Source: Phycisphaerales bacterium UBA3158
GTDB lineage: Bacteria > Planctomycetota > Phycisphaerae > Phycisphaerales > SM1A02
NCBI GenBank assembly: GCA_002364555.1
Contig: DEYM01000086.1
Location: 1 to 50,912, forward strand
Direction: 5' to 3'
DNA: 50,912 bases
Positions 18,257-27,170 of this stretch are shown in pieces. The notes below the pieces were generated by a model. It searched no databases. It saw only the letters and a program-made list of their open reading frames with translations, and had not been told where the DNA came from. How positions within the stretch are numbered: position 1 is the first letter of the stretch; every line of letters begins with the position of its first letter. The translations under genes were made by a program, and so were the position numbers.

Positions 18257-19780
18257 CTAGGGATTCTGTTTGACGAGCTGAGGCATCGCATCATCGAGCT
18301 GATCGGTGTGTTTGAGATAGAGCCATGCGGCTTGGACCTGGAGTGGCTCCGAGAGAACCCCTCCGGATGCGATCAGTCCGAGATTGCGTTGCTGCGTCTC
18401 GGTGAGTTCATCCGCTTCTCTGGCGATGACCAACAAGGCCAGGGCGTCCGGGAGTGACAGGCCGATCTGCTTGATCGGCCTGACCGTGTCGAGTGCCCCC
18501 GGATTTCTATGCTGGAGTATTCCAAAGAGCATGGCCTCCTGAAGGGGGCCGTCGTCTTCGGCTTCCTGAAGTCTTCGAAGCAGCGAATCGGAGTCGATCG
18601 TGAGGAGTCGCTCCGTGGCTTCGATGGCCAGCATTCGATTCATGGGGTTTTCTGAATCAGAGGACAATCGATCGAGAAAATGATTCAGGACGGTGATCTG
18701 CTGATCTTCCGGAAGCGTCTTGATGACGCCGGGAAGGATCACGGTGGAACGAAGATGGTTCAGGTCGTACAGATCGATGAGTCTCTGTGGGGAGTCATCG
18801 CTGTCGCTGCCAATGGCGTTGGCGGCACTCAGAATGGTCTTGACGAGTTCGTCTTCGCCATCCAATTCAGTGGTCTGATCGGAGTCCAGTCCGACGCCCA
18901 CCTGGAGCAGCATCAATGCGGCGGTTATCTGATTGCGGCGTTTCGGACTCGGGCCGACCCATTCCTTCCAATGCCGAATTCCAGTGGTTGGTTCGATGGT
19001 CAGCAGCGTGGCGGTACCGGGTTGTATCAATTCCGGAAAACGCCCATCCATGCGATTGCTTGTCACCAGGACATCGAGCCAGGAGGCCGCTTCCTCGATC
19101 TGGTAGCGCTCGATGAACATGACCAATGTCATGAGGATGTCGAATTGCCTGGATTCAGGCAGTTCGGCAATGATCTCAGCTATCCGATCGACTGCTTCCG
19201 CATCACCCAGCCAGGTCAGTATGAGCAGTGCGGCTGCGATGACCTTCTCATTGGACGAATCAAGCATCGGCTCTATTTCGGCGATCTCGAGCGTTTCCCC
19301 CAGAGAGTTCAGGTACGCCAGCAGCGCGAGACGATTCGGTTCCTCCAGATCCTCCCACTTGATGAGCGTTCGAGCCTGATCGGGTCCGAGCTTCTTCTCG
19401 TCGATTGAAATGGCCAGGATTTCATTACGGGCCAATGGATCGAGTTGTGTGATGAGCCATGGCGTGACGCTTCCGTCTTCGGACAGATTGGCCAGCCCTA
19501 GAACCGCGTAGACCTGCATCTGCCATGAATCATGTTCGACGAGTGATAGAAAAAGCTCTTCAAGGCTCTCATCACTCAGTCGCTGGAGCGCAGCAAGTCG
19601 CGTCAGATGACTTTCATCACGCTGTGGTGTGACCGCTTTCTTCAGATGTCGGATGGCACTTTTGGTATAGGCGGTCTGATCAGCCTGCACCGGCATGGGC
19701 CATGTGAACGAGAAGACCGTGACGATTAATGCCAGCATGGCCTGAACGGTGAATTTGCTTCTGTACTCGATGCCCATCAT
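18257..19780 (-). CDS. Secreted all-helical (HEAT/ARM-like) repeat protein, function unknown
   Basis: 507-aa ORF with an N-terminal signal-like segment (AMLALIVTVFSFTWPMPVQA). The rest is leucine-rich helical repeats. It is on the same strand as dnaA and the DegT-like gene and closely spaced to both. Confidence 0.6.
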   Translation of the reverse strand: MMGIEYRSKFTVQAMLALIVTVFSFTWPMPVQADQTAYTKSAIRHLKKAVTPQRDESHLTRLAALQRLSDESLEELFLSLVEHDSWQMQVYAVLGLANLSEDGSVTPWLITQLDPLARNEILAISIDEKKLGPDQARTLIKWEDLEEPNRLALLAYLNSLGETLEIAEIEPMLDSSNEKVIAAALLILTWLGDAEAVDRIAEIIAELPESRQFDILMTLVMFIERYQIEEAASWLDVLVTSNRMDGRFPELIQPGTATLLTIEPTTGIRHWKEWVGPSPKRRNQITAALMLLQVGVGLDSDQTTELDGEDELVKTILSAANAIGSDSDDSPQRLIDLYDLNHLRSTVILPGVIKTLPEDQQITVLNHFLDRLSSDSENPMNRMLAIEATERLLTIDSDSLLRRLQEAEDDGPLQEAMLFGILQHRNPGALDTVRPIKQIGLSLPDALALLVIAREADELTETQQRNLGLIASGGVLSEPLQVQAAWLYLKHTDQLDDAMPQLVKQNP

Positions 19781-19855
19781 GGGATTCAGTGTAGCGGAGG
19801 AGGCTGGTGGGCGAAGCCTGTCGACCGGGAATGGCTGGATCCCAGAGAGTGGAAT

Positions 19856-21259
19856 TCAGGGATGGGAAATCGCGTGCCTGAGCCTGTCCAGCACTTCCCT
19901 GACGAGCACATGCCCCTCGTCGCTTCCGCCTTGTCCGGGGAGACGGACCTTCGTCTTGTCCTCGACCATGGCCTCGATCCTGCGAGCGGCAGCATGGGCG
20001 GACGAATGGTTGCGGCGACCCAGTGATCGGGCGATTTCCGGATAGCTGTAATCAGTCATCCGCCGAGCGAGGCAGGCGATCAGCCCTCGGCCAAGCGATA
20101 CCCTGGTACCTCTGTCCCGACTGGCCAGATCGGCCTTCGTCAGGTTCAGATGATCGCAGACCGTCTCGACGATTCGATCCAGGGTGATGGGTTGGGTCGA
20201 CTCCCACGCATTCTGGAATACCTGGGAGACCGTGTCGGCCGGAACATGGTTGCTACCGGAGCCACGTACCTGCATCAAGGCGCTGAGCCGGGTCATGGCG
20301 CCCTGGATCTCGCGAACGGAACCGACGCAGTGGGAGGTGACGACTTCCACGGCGGACTCATCCATCCTGAGACCGCGATGATCCGCGAATCGATTCACCA
20401 GAGTCCGTCTCGTATGGCGACAAGGGCGTTCGATTTCAACGACCATTCCACTGAGGAATCTGCTGACGAGCCCCTTGGTGAAACTTCTGATCTGATGCGG
20501 ATGGGCATCCGATGCCAGCACGATCCTTGAACCCGTGAGATGAATGGCATCCAGAGTGTGAAGGAACTCGGCCTGTGTCTTGGTTTTATCGCTTAGAAAG
20601 TGGATGTCATCAATGGCCAGCAGGGACAGACGCCTCATGGATCGCCGGAATTCATCGATCTTGTTCTCCCTGACGGAAGCAATGTATTCATTCGTGAATT
20701 GCTCTCCCGTCAGATAGCGGATCGGATCCTGCTGTCCGAACTGCTCTCGGTATCGTCGGCAGACCCCCTGGAGAAGATGGGTCTTGCCCAGGCCACATCC
20801 TCCGTGGATGAAAAGCGGGGAAACAGGGCTTGGGCCCGCTTCCCCGGCAATTCTGGAAGCGGCGGACCAGGCCAGTTCATTGCTGGGTCCGACGATGAAA
20901 TCCTCGAGTTTGTGGTGATTCGAAAATGTTCGTCTGCGTGGTCTCTGGGGTCTTCGTTCCTCGCGAGCAGGTGGGAGGGTCTGGGGGCTGTCGTCATTGC
21001 CATCGGGCCCCGGGCGATCACTTCGGACGCTGATGGAGACGCGGACTGGTCCACCAACCACATCCTGGGCGACCTGTTCCAGATCACGCTCGAAATGGGC
21101 GTTTATCCAGTCCGCTGCAAACTGGGAGCCCGCCTCGACGGCAAGCCCCGTGTCGTTTAGCTCAAGATTGGCCTGCCCAAACCACATCGCATGTCGGCGT
21201 TGACCGAGCCTCTTGGCCAGCAGGTCGGTGATGGAGTCGGTGGTCGGGAGGGCGTGCAT
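19856..21259 (-). CDS. dnaA: Chromosomal replication initiator protein DnaA
   Basis: AAA+ Walker A GGCGLGKTHLLQ, Walker B LLAIDDIHFL and sensor regions are present. The C-terminal DNA-binding domain is SYPEIARSLGRRNHSSAHAAARRIEAM. Confidence 0.93.
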   Translation of the reverse strand: MHALPTTDSITDLLAKRLGQRRHAMWFGQANLELNDTGLAVEAGSQFAADWINAHFERDLEQVAQDVVGGPVRVSISVRSDRPGPDGNDDSPQTLPPAREERRPQRPRRRTFSNHHKLEDFIVGPSNELAWSAASRIAGEAGPSPVSPLFIHGGCGLGKTHLLQGVCRRYREQFGQQDPIRYLTGEQFTNEYIASVRENKIDEFRRSMRRLSLLAIDDIHFLSDKTKTQAEFLHTLDAIHLTGSRIVLASDAHPHQIRSFTKGLVSRFLSGMVVEIERPCRHTRRTLVNRFADHRGLRMDESAVEVVTSHCVGSVREIQGAMTRLSALMQVRGSGSNHVPADTVSQVFQNAWESTQPITLDRIVETVCDHLNLTKADLASRDRGTRVSLGRGLIACLARRMTDYSYPEIARSLGRRNHSSAHAAARRIEAMVEDKTKVRLPGQGGSDEGHVLVREVLDRLRHAISHP

Positions 21260-21681
21260 GGGATCGGTTGTCTCAGGAATTGACAGCGAGGAACGGATAC
21301 GAGTTCAGTGGTAACCCACTGAAGAGCGGGGGTATGCCATCATTCAGTACTCGTCGAGGTGAGTGCTGCAAGGGGCATCGGGTACCCACAGGATTGTGGG
21401 TGCGGGATCCATCCATCGTGCCTGTCATCAGGATCGAGACGCCTGATCGAGGCAACCACCAAACTGCCTTGGTCCCATGTCCAGCGATGAGCCCGATAAA
21501 CGGGAGTGCATGCACTTTCCTTGGGAATCCTCGGCACCGTGGGGTGCGATCGTCCTTCCTTGGACGAGCGGATTGAATGTACCGGGAAAACAGCTGCCCG
21601 AGGACCGTCATTGAGCGTCCCACAGGTTCGTGTCGCAGCTTTCATGCTTGTAGTACAGCAGATGCGACGATCAAAACTTTT

Positions 21682-21727
21682 CTATCCACATGGCTTGTCC
21701 ACCTCGACGAGGTGGAGAGGTGGACAA
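21682..21727. promoter_or_regulatory. Cluster of DnaA-box-like 9-mers upstream of dnaA (candidate oriC / dnaA autoregulation site)
   Basis: CTATCCACA (21682-21690) matches TTATCCACA at 8 of 9 positions. TTGTCCACC (21695-21703) and its inverted copy GGTGGACAA (21719-21727) match at 7 of 9. They lie inside a ~480-bp gene-free interval. Confidence 0.35.
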
Positions 21728-21737
21728 CTTGCTGAGA

Positions 21738-22748
21738 TCAACTTTCTTGCATTCCCCGGATCGATCGGATAACGGCCCGACGTCTTCCGGTGGGTACGAA
21801 ACCAAGTGAATCGTAGAGCTTCAATGCAGGTGAATTGGCGATATCAACGGCCAGCGAGAGCGTTCCCAGCTTGCGCTCCGCAGCCATTCGAATTCCATGT
21901 TGAAGCAGCGTGCGTCCCCAGCCTTTTCCACGTGCATCCGGTCCGATGCCGATGTACACGAGTTCCGCCTGCGACGGTTTCGTGGAAGGATTGATCAACA
22001 CGGCACCGACAGCTTGATTCGCTCGATAGGCGATCGACCACAGGCCGGGATCGAAGTGCCCGATGGCCTGGTGTCCGGTGATCACATCATCCGTTGATCG
22101 AAGTCCTCGAAGGGCTGGACAGTCAAGCGTGTCCACGTATGAACAATCGAGTGCTCGTACCAGATCCGAATGGAGGGAATCCTCATAGGTTCGAATAACC
22201 AGCTCATCCGGCATGTCGACAGTCCTGATCCGCTTTGGCAGAACAAGATCCATGTATTGAAGTATCGCCAATTCGGTGAAGTCACTGGATTCGAAGACGC
22301 TCTGGCCGGATGTGTCGCTGACAAGCAGCAGTGATTGCGCCAGATGCAGATCCTGCGACTCCAGGAAGCGAAGGCCATGATTCAGCAGTCGTTGAACTCG
22401 GTTGTGCTGGTCTTCGGATTCCGCCTCGGATGTGAAGAGCATCACAGTGCGACCGGCCGAAGGTACCGCCAGCAGTGACGAGCCCGGGCGTCCATCTTCC
22501 TTTCGAATGATCCAGACCCAGTCCAGGCGAATCTGGTTTTCACCTGCGTAGGTTATGAACCGTTCGGCATCGCTGATCTGAGCGCCTGCTGGCAGCAGAA
22601 GTCGAATAGCCGCCACCAGATCCACCGATTCCGCTAGTTCGGGCCCTGGGCTGTCTTTGAAAGGCGATTTGTGGGGCTGTGAGGTCATGAGATGCCAATG
22701 GGCTCGACGGGGTGTCGGGGAACGGGATGATCCTGCTAGAATACTCAC
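21738..22748 (-). CDS. GNAT-family N-acetyltransferase (two-domain architecture)
   Basis: The C-terminal half carries GNAT motif A (VYIGIGPDARGKGWGRTLLQHGI) and LKLYDSLGFV. The N-terminal half looks like a degenerate second GNAT fold. The start is uncertain, with an alternative Met 20 codons downstream. Confidence 0.75.
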   Translation of the reverse strand: MSILAGSSRSPTPRRAHWHLMTSQPHKSPFKDSPGPELAESVDLVAAIRLLLPAGAQISDAERFITYAGENQIRLDWVWIIRKEDGRPGSSLLAVPSAGRTVMLFTSEAESEDQHNRVQRLLNHGLRFLESQDLHLAQSLLLVSDTSGQSVFESSDFTELAILQYMDLVLPKRIRTVDMPDELVIRTYEDSLHSDLVRALDCSYVDTLDCPALRGLRSTDDVITGHQAIGHFDPGLWSIAYRANQAVGAVLINPSTKPSQAELVYIGIGPDARGKGWGRTLLQHGIRMAAERKLGTLSLAVDIANSPALKLYDSLGFVPTGRRRAVIRSIRGMQES

Positions 22749-22783
22749 CCTGATTCAAAGAAGCTTCCCAGAAAGATCGTCCC

Positions 22784-23395
22784 ATGATTCGAACCATTCT
22801 CATCTCTCTGATTTCATGTGTTCTGCTGACCTTGACCGCCTGGTCGGTCCCGCAGCCTTCCGCCTACACGACCCAGCCTGAACTCGAGTTCACGCCCGGT
22901 CCGCTTCGCATTCATCAAAGCGCTGAGAATGGCAAGTGGTACTGGTACATGACCTACGAGATCGAGAACGGTACCGGAGCCGATCAGATGTGGGTGCCTT
23001 CAATGGTCATCTACACGGATCGGGGGGAGATCCTCTCCTGTGGCAAGAACGTTCCATCGGTTGTGACCGATGAAATCCTCGACCGTCTCGGCGATCCGTT
23101 TCTGGAACCCCAGTACAAGATCATCGGAAATCTGAAGCAGGGACGGGGAAATGCCCGTACCGGGCTGAGTGTCTGGCCGGCCAATCGGACGGATGTCAAT
23201 GAGATTTCCCTGTTCGTCGCCGGTCTCAGCAGCGAGACGGCACCCGTCAAGCATCCCATAACAGGTGAAGAGATCGTTCTTCGAAAGACCCTGAAACGCG
23301 ATTATTTGATCCCAGGGGCCGCTACAGCCATCGGAGACCGTCCAATTCCAGAACATCCGGATATGCCGACCTATGAGGTCTGGATCTTCCGTTGA
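22784..23395 (+). CDS. Secreted hypothetical protein
   Basis: 203-aa ORF with a signal peptide ([23 protein letters not shown]). The composition looks coding (GC3-biased). I recognised no family. Confidence 0.6.
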   Translation: MIRTILISLISCVLLTLTAWSVPQPSAYTTQPELEFTPGPLRIHQSAENGKWYWYMTYEIENGTGADQMWVPSMVIYTDRGEILSCGKNVPSVVTDEILDRLGDPFLEPQYKIIGNLKQGRGNARTGLSVWPANRTDVNEISLFVAGLSSETAPVKHPITGEEIVLRKTLKRDYLIPGAATAIGDRPIPEHPDMPTYEVWIFR

Positions 23396-23461
23396 GGTCC
23401 CGTTATGATGGTCGATTCGTCACCGGAGCTGCCGCTTCCGGGACATTCAGGAGTGTGAGAC

Positions 23462-23755
23462 ATGGCACATAAGAAGGGACAGGGTTCCTCCAAGAACGGT
23501 CGCGACTCCAACCCGCAGTTTCGCGGAGTGAAGTTGTACGGAGGTCAGGCCGCCAAGGCCGGATCCATCATCATTCGCCAGTGTGGCACGCACTTCAAGC
23601 CCGGCTACAAGGTTGGTCGCGGCAAGGACGACACGCTCTTCGCACTGGTTGAGGGAACCGTCCGCTTCCGTGGGCGAGCTGTCGACATCATTCCATCGGA
23701 TCCTTCCATTCCCCAATACGAAGCGATCGAGCGTCCCGCCAAGACCGCCGGCTGA
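23462..23755 (+). CDS. rpmA: 50S ribosomal protein L27
   Basis: [62 protein letters not shown] is a canonical L27 sequence. AGGAG lies upstream. Confidence 0.95.
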   Translation: MAHKKGQGSSKNGRDSNPQFRGVKLYGGQAAKAGSIIIRQCGTHFKPGYKVGRGKDDTLFALVEGTVRFRGRAVDIIPSDPSIPQYEAIERPAKTAG

Positions 23756-23791
23756 TTCCAGCCTGCGGGTATCCCGCACAGGGAACACACC

Positions 23792-24832
23792 GTGCTCATC
23801 GACAACGCAAAGATCTTCGTGCGCTCCGGCAAGGGCGGCCATGGCTGTGTAAGCATGCGCCGTGAGAAGTATCGTCCCCGTGGTGGTCCAGATGGCGGTG
23901 ATGGCGGCAAGGGTGGTGACGTCATCCTCGTCGGTGATGAATCGTTGAATACGCTGCTCTCACTGACCCCACGCCCTCATTACCGAGCTGAAAGCGGTCG
24001 CCCCGGTGAAGGTTCCAGTTGCTTCGGACGCAATGGGGTCGATTGCATCATTCCGGTCCCACTTGGAACAATCATCTGTGATTTCGATACCGGTGAGGTG
24101 ATAGGCGACATCGATCTCGACGGTCAGCGAATGCTGGTCGCGCTTGGCGGTGAAGGTGGATTTGGAAATGAACATTTCAAGTCCTCGACCAATCAGGCCC
24201 CTCGCGAATCGACACCCGGTGGAACCTGGGAAGAGAAGACGCTTGCGCTGGAACTGAAGCTGATCGCCGACGTCGGACTGGTCGGTCTGCCCAATGCGGG
24301 CAAATCCACCTTGCTTGGTGCGATGAGTCGTGCCCATCCAAGAGTCGCGGCCTACCCCTTCACGACCCTCTCTCCGAATCTTGGCACCGCCGAACTGCCG
24401 GGACATCGTCGTCTCATCGTCGCGGACATCCCCGGATTGATCGAGGGTGCTGCCGATGGGGCTGGTCTGGGGCATGACTTCCTGAGACACATCGAGCGAA
24501 CGAGAGTTCTTCTTCACGTGCTGGATGTCGATCCGATGGACGGGTCCGACCCGAGTGAGAACTACAAGGTGATCAGGCAGGAGCTCGATGCCTACGAAGC
24601 GGATCTGGCGGGCAAGCCGGAGATCATCCTCCTGAACAAGATGGATCTTGTTCCAGAGGATCTTCGTGAGGAGTTTCTCGAGCAGATTGAAAGCGGTCTC
24701 GGCCATTCCGAGTCACCTCGTCTGATCGCCAGCGGTGTGACGGGCGAGGGGGTCGCGGAGGTCCTCGAGTTTCTGTGGAAGCTCTTGAATGCACCGCAGC
24801 CCGATTTCAAGAGCAGCATCGACGTTTCCTGA
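23792..24832 (+). CDS. obg: GTPase Obg/CgtA
   Basis: GTG start. Obg-fold N-terminus IDNAKIFVRSGKGGHGCVSMRREKYRPRGGPDGGDGGKGGDV. G1 GLPNAGKSTLL, G3 DIPGLIEGA and G4 NKMD are present. Confidence 0.93.
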   Translation: MLIDNAKIFVRSGKGGHGCVSMRREKYRPRGGPDGGDGGKGGDVILVGDESLNTLLSLTPRPHYRAESGRPGEGSSCFGRNGVDCIIPVPLGTIICDFDTGEVIGDIDLDGQRMLVALGGEGGFGNEHFKSSTNQAPRESTPGGTWEEKTLALELKLIADVGLVGLPNAGKSTLLGAMSRAHPRVAAYPFTTLSPNLGTAELPGHRRLIVADIPGLIEGAADGAGLGHDFLRHIERTRVLLHVLDVDPMDGSDPSENYKVIRQELDAYEADLAGKPEIILLNKMDLVPEDLREEFLEQIESGLGHSESPRLIASGVTGEGVAEVLEFLWKLLNAPQPDFKSSIDVS

Positions 24833-25020
24833 AAAAACCAGTTTCCTTTGCAATGCCGGGAATCACTCGATCGTTCAATTGGACCGAGGTCGCGTCTGAT
24901 GCGCGATCAAAGGGGTGATGTCAGCTGTTGGATAGACGCCGTTCCTTCCGGCTGCTGCAGGTCACGCGTAAGGGATCATTGATAACACGCCCGTGCAGAC
25001 GGGGTGTCTGGAGTCTTGCC

Positions 25021-25965
25021 ATGAATACTTGGATGATTAAATCGTACAGCCGCAGTTTTCTGATGAGCCTGGTCTCTCTTCTGGTTCTGGCGTCCGCGTG
25101 CCGGGCTGTGGAGCTTGCGGATCAGGATGTCTCGTCGAATGAAAAAGCATCATTGATGTTTGATCTGGATTTTCCAGGCGGCAGTCTGTCGGACCTCGCG
25201 GATCTGATCTCCCGGAAGGATCCCGGTTACAAGTTCATACTCAATGGCGACGTGGGGGGCTCTCCCATGCCGGCGTTGCAGATCGAGCGGATTGATGTCG
25301 ATGGTTGCCTATGGCTCATCGATTCGATCGTGGCGGACCTGCCCAGTTCGAAGCATGAAATCTGGTCATCGCATCGCAGCGTTCGAGACGGTTCCGATCT
25401 CGTGGTGTTTGGACGGGATCTCAGGAAGGCCAGTCGAAGAGGAGGTTCCGTTCGAGGTGATTCGAGCAGTACCGCAATCGGTGAAGATCAGATGATAGAG
25501 ATCTATTCGATAGCCCATCTGCTCGATCGAGGCCTGTCGGCCGAGATGATCCTGTCGGATCTCGAGAACATCGAGCTGGTCAATGGTGGGCCGCTCGGGT
25601 TGAGATCGGCCCTCATCAATGATGAAACAAGTCTTCTGTTCATCAAGGGCGGGCCATCTATCCAGAGGCTCGTCGCATCGTTGATGGATGCATTGGATGA
25701 AAGTGTCCGGTTCATCAGGCATGACGATAGGCCTGTCAAGAAATCTGAACCTCTCGGGAAGGAATCGGCTGCTCCCCAGAGTACGGGCCTCCTGACAGAT
25801 GTCCAGATCGAACTACTGGATACGAGCCGGCTTCGTGATCATATCCGGGAGTTGTCGATTCTTCGGCGTCAGCACTCGCATGATGCGGACATGATGAAGC
25901 TGATCCAATCGAGATTCAATTCGGTGATGGATGAATTGCACAAGAGGAGCAAGTCGCAGGATTGA
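25021..25965 (+). CDS. Secreted protein with secretin-N-like modules (tentative), no secretin barrel
   Basis: I chose the start at ATG 25021 because it exposes a signal peptide (FLMSLVSLLVLASACRA). Segments FDLDFPGGSLSDLADLISRK... and IEIYSIAHLLDRGLSAEMILSDLENIE...NDETSLLFIKGGPSIQRLVASLMDALD resemble GspD/PilQ N-domain repeats. The longest ORF starts at TTG 24928. Confidence 0.5.
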   Translation: MNTWMIKSYSRSFLMSLVSLLVLASACRAVELADQDVSSNEKASLMFDLDFPGGSLSDLADLISRKDPGYKFILNGDVGGSPMPALQIERIDVDGCLWLIDSIVADLPSSKHEIWSSHRSVRDGSDLVVFGRDLRKASRRGGSVRGDSSSTAIGEDQMIEIYSIAHLLDRGLSAEMILSDLENIELVNGGPLGLRSALINDETSLLFIKGGPSIQRLVASLMDALDESVRFIRHDDRPVKKSEPLGKESAAPQSTGLLTDVQIELLDTSRLRDHIRELSILRRQHSHDADMMKLIQSRFNSVMDELHKRSKSQD

Positions 25966-26019
25966 TTGGTTCGCGGAGAAGTGTGATGGTGTCGATTCAT
26001 GCGTCGACATCATCGCGCT

Positions 26020-26595
26020 TCAGTCTCCGTGTTGTTCCCGAAGTCTGGGACTCAATCGCAGCATCCACTGCACTCTCTCCACTTCCTGAAGCACTTCATC
26101 CATCACGGTTCTGACGGGATCTTCAGGGGGGGCGGCGAGGACGCCCGAGGCGGGGCCCAGTGCCTTTGATGCCATGGAGCGATATCGACTGAGCGTTCGA
26201 TCGCCGATTCTGGAGCAGGGCTCGAAATCCTCGGCCATGATCCAGGTGACGGGTACGCGTGTTCCGGCGTTGATCATGCTGGAGATGATGAGCTCCGCAT
26301 AGGAATCGTCGCGCGGGATGAATCGGAGCTGTATCCGCTCGGGTTGGCTCGCGGCGATTCTGCCCAGTGCCGCTCCCTGCAATGCGCAATCACCACACCA
26401 TGGCCCTGTGAGACACAGGATCTTCATGTCGCGAGTGAAACTGCCGAGGAGTTCCAATTGGGAATCGCTCAGTTCAAGCTGGCCGTGTCGTTGGACCCAG
26501 GAGGACTGCTGATCCATTGGCAGCATGGCCACAAATGGCTCGAATTCCATACCTGACTTGAAGTGTTCCTCGAGGAATGCCGCTTCGTGAAGCAT
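26020..26595 (-). CDS. Thioredoxin-fold protein, WCGDC active site (paralog B)
   Basis: CxxC motif GPWCGDCALQG and a C-terminal RLSPRLREQHGD. It is clearly paralogous to the gene immediately upstream. The ATG at 26595 lies 2 nt after the upstream stop. An alternative TTG at 26601 would overlap that stop by 4 nt. Confidence 0.75.
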   Translation of the reverse strand: MLHEAAFLEEHFKSGMEFEPFVAMLPMDQQSSWVQRHGQLELSDSQLELLGSFTRDMKILCLTGPWCGDCALQGAALGRIAASQPERIQLRFIPRDDSYAELIISSMINAGTRVPVTWIMAEDFEPCSRIGDRTLSRYRSMASKALGPASGVLAAPPEDPVRTVMDEVLQEVERVQWMLRLSPRLREQHGD

Positions 26596-26597
26596 CG

Positions 26598-27170
26598 TCA
26601 ATCTCCGTGAATCTGTCTCAAGCGGCCACTGAGCCTGAGCAACAGATGGACTCTTTCGAATTCGTCAATCCAGTCCTGAGTCATCAGGTGGATCATTCCG
26701 GTATCGGTTGCGGCGCCGGGCATGGGGCAGGAGATGCCCAGCTTGCTGTTCATCATGTGCCTGTAGTAGTTGAGGGTACGGTCACCGGCTACGGAAACCG
26801 GCTCCCAGTCCTCGGCCATGAACACGACCATGGGAACCCGCTGTCCTCCGTTGATGGAGAGTCGATTCATGATTTCAGGAATCGAATCACGGTCAACGAA
26901 TCGCAGATCGATGCAGGGGTTCGATCTGGCGATCAGTTCGAGGACAGGTCCCTGACGGACGCAGTCTCCACACCAGATCCCCGAGATCATCAGCACTCGC
27001 AGGGTTCGACTGAAGCCAGTCAGCAGCTGCGTCTGTCCATCATCGAGGTGGATGTCCTCCAGAAGCGTTCGCCATGGTGGGGCTTTCTCAGGATCGCTCG
27101 AGAGATAGCCTTCCCAGTCCAATGCGTTCTGGAAAACGTCTTGAAGATCAGTGGATCGTAAACCTCTCAT
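26598..27170 (-). CDS. Thioredoxin-fold protein, WCGDC active site (paralog A)
   Basis: CxxC motif GIWCGDCVRQG. It shares the blocks LRF..RD, RVP, MAED.EP, GDRTL..YR and RLSGRLRQIHGD with paralog B. Its ATG (27170-27168) shares one base with the mutS stop codon. Confidence 0.78.
   Translation of the reverse strand: MRGLRSTDLQDVFQNALDWEGYLSSDPEKAPPWRTLLEDIHLDDGQTQLLTGFSRTLRVLMISGIWCGDCVRQGPVLELIARSNPCIDLRFVDRDSIPEIMNRLSINGGQRVPMVVFMAEDWEPVSVAGDRTLNYYRHMMNSKLGISCPMPGAATDTGMIHLMTQDWIDEFERVHLLLRLSGRLRQIHGD

Noticed and set aside
21300-21715. Possible known structured RNA (RNase P RNA, tmRNA, SRP RNA, riboswitch) in the dnaA upstream region. It includes a T-arm-like hairpin CCACC-tcgacga-GGTGG, a GTCC..GGAAGGAC hairpin, and a stretch resembling the tmRNA 3' region (GCTTGTAGTACAGCAGATG).
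   Set aside because: I could not find the universally conserved motifs on either strand: RNase P GGAAAGUCCGGGC and ACAGAA.CCGGCUUA, a tmRNA acceptor stem with CCA end and tag ORF, or the SRP domain IV AGGUCC-GGAA-GGAAGCAGCC. An unidentified RNA remains possible and is flagged in the findings, but no named RNA gene can be supported.
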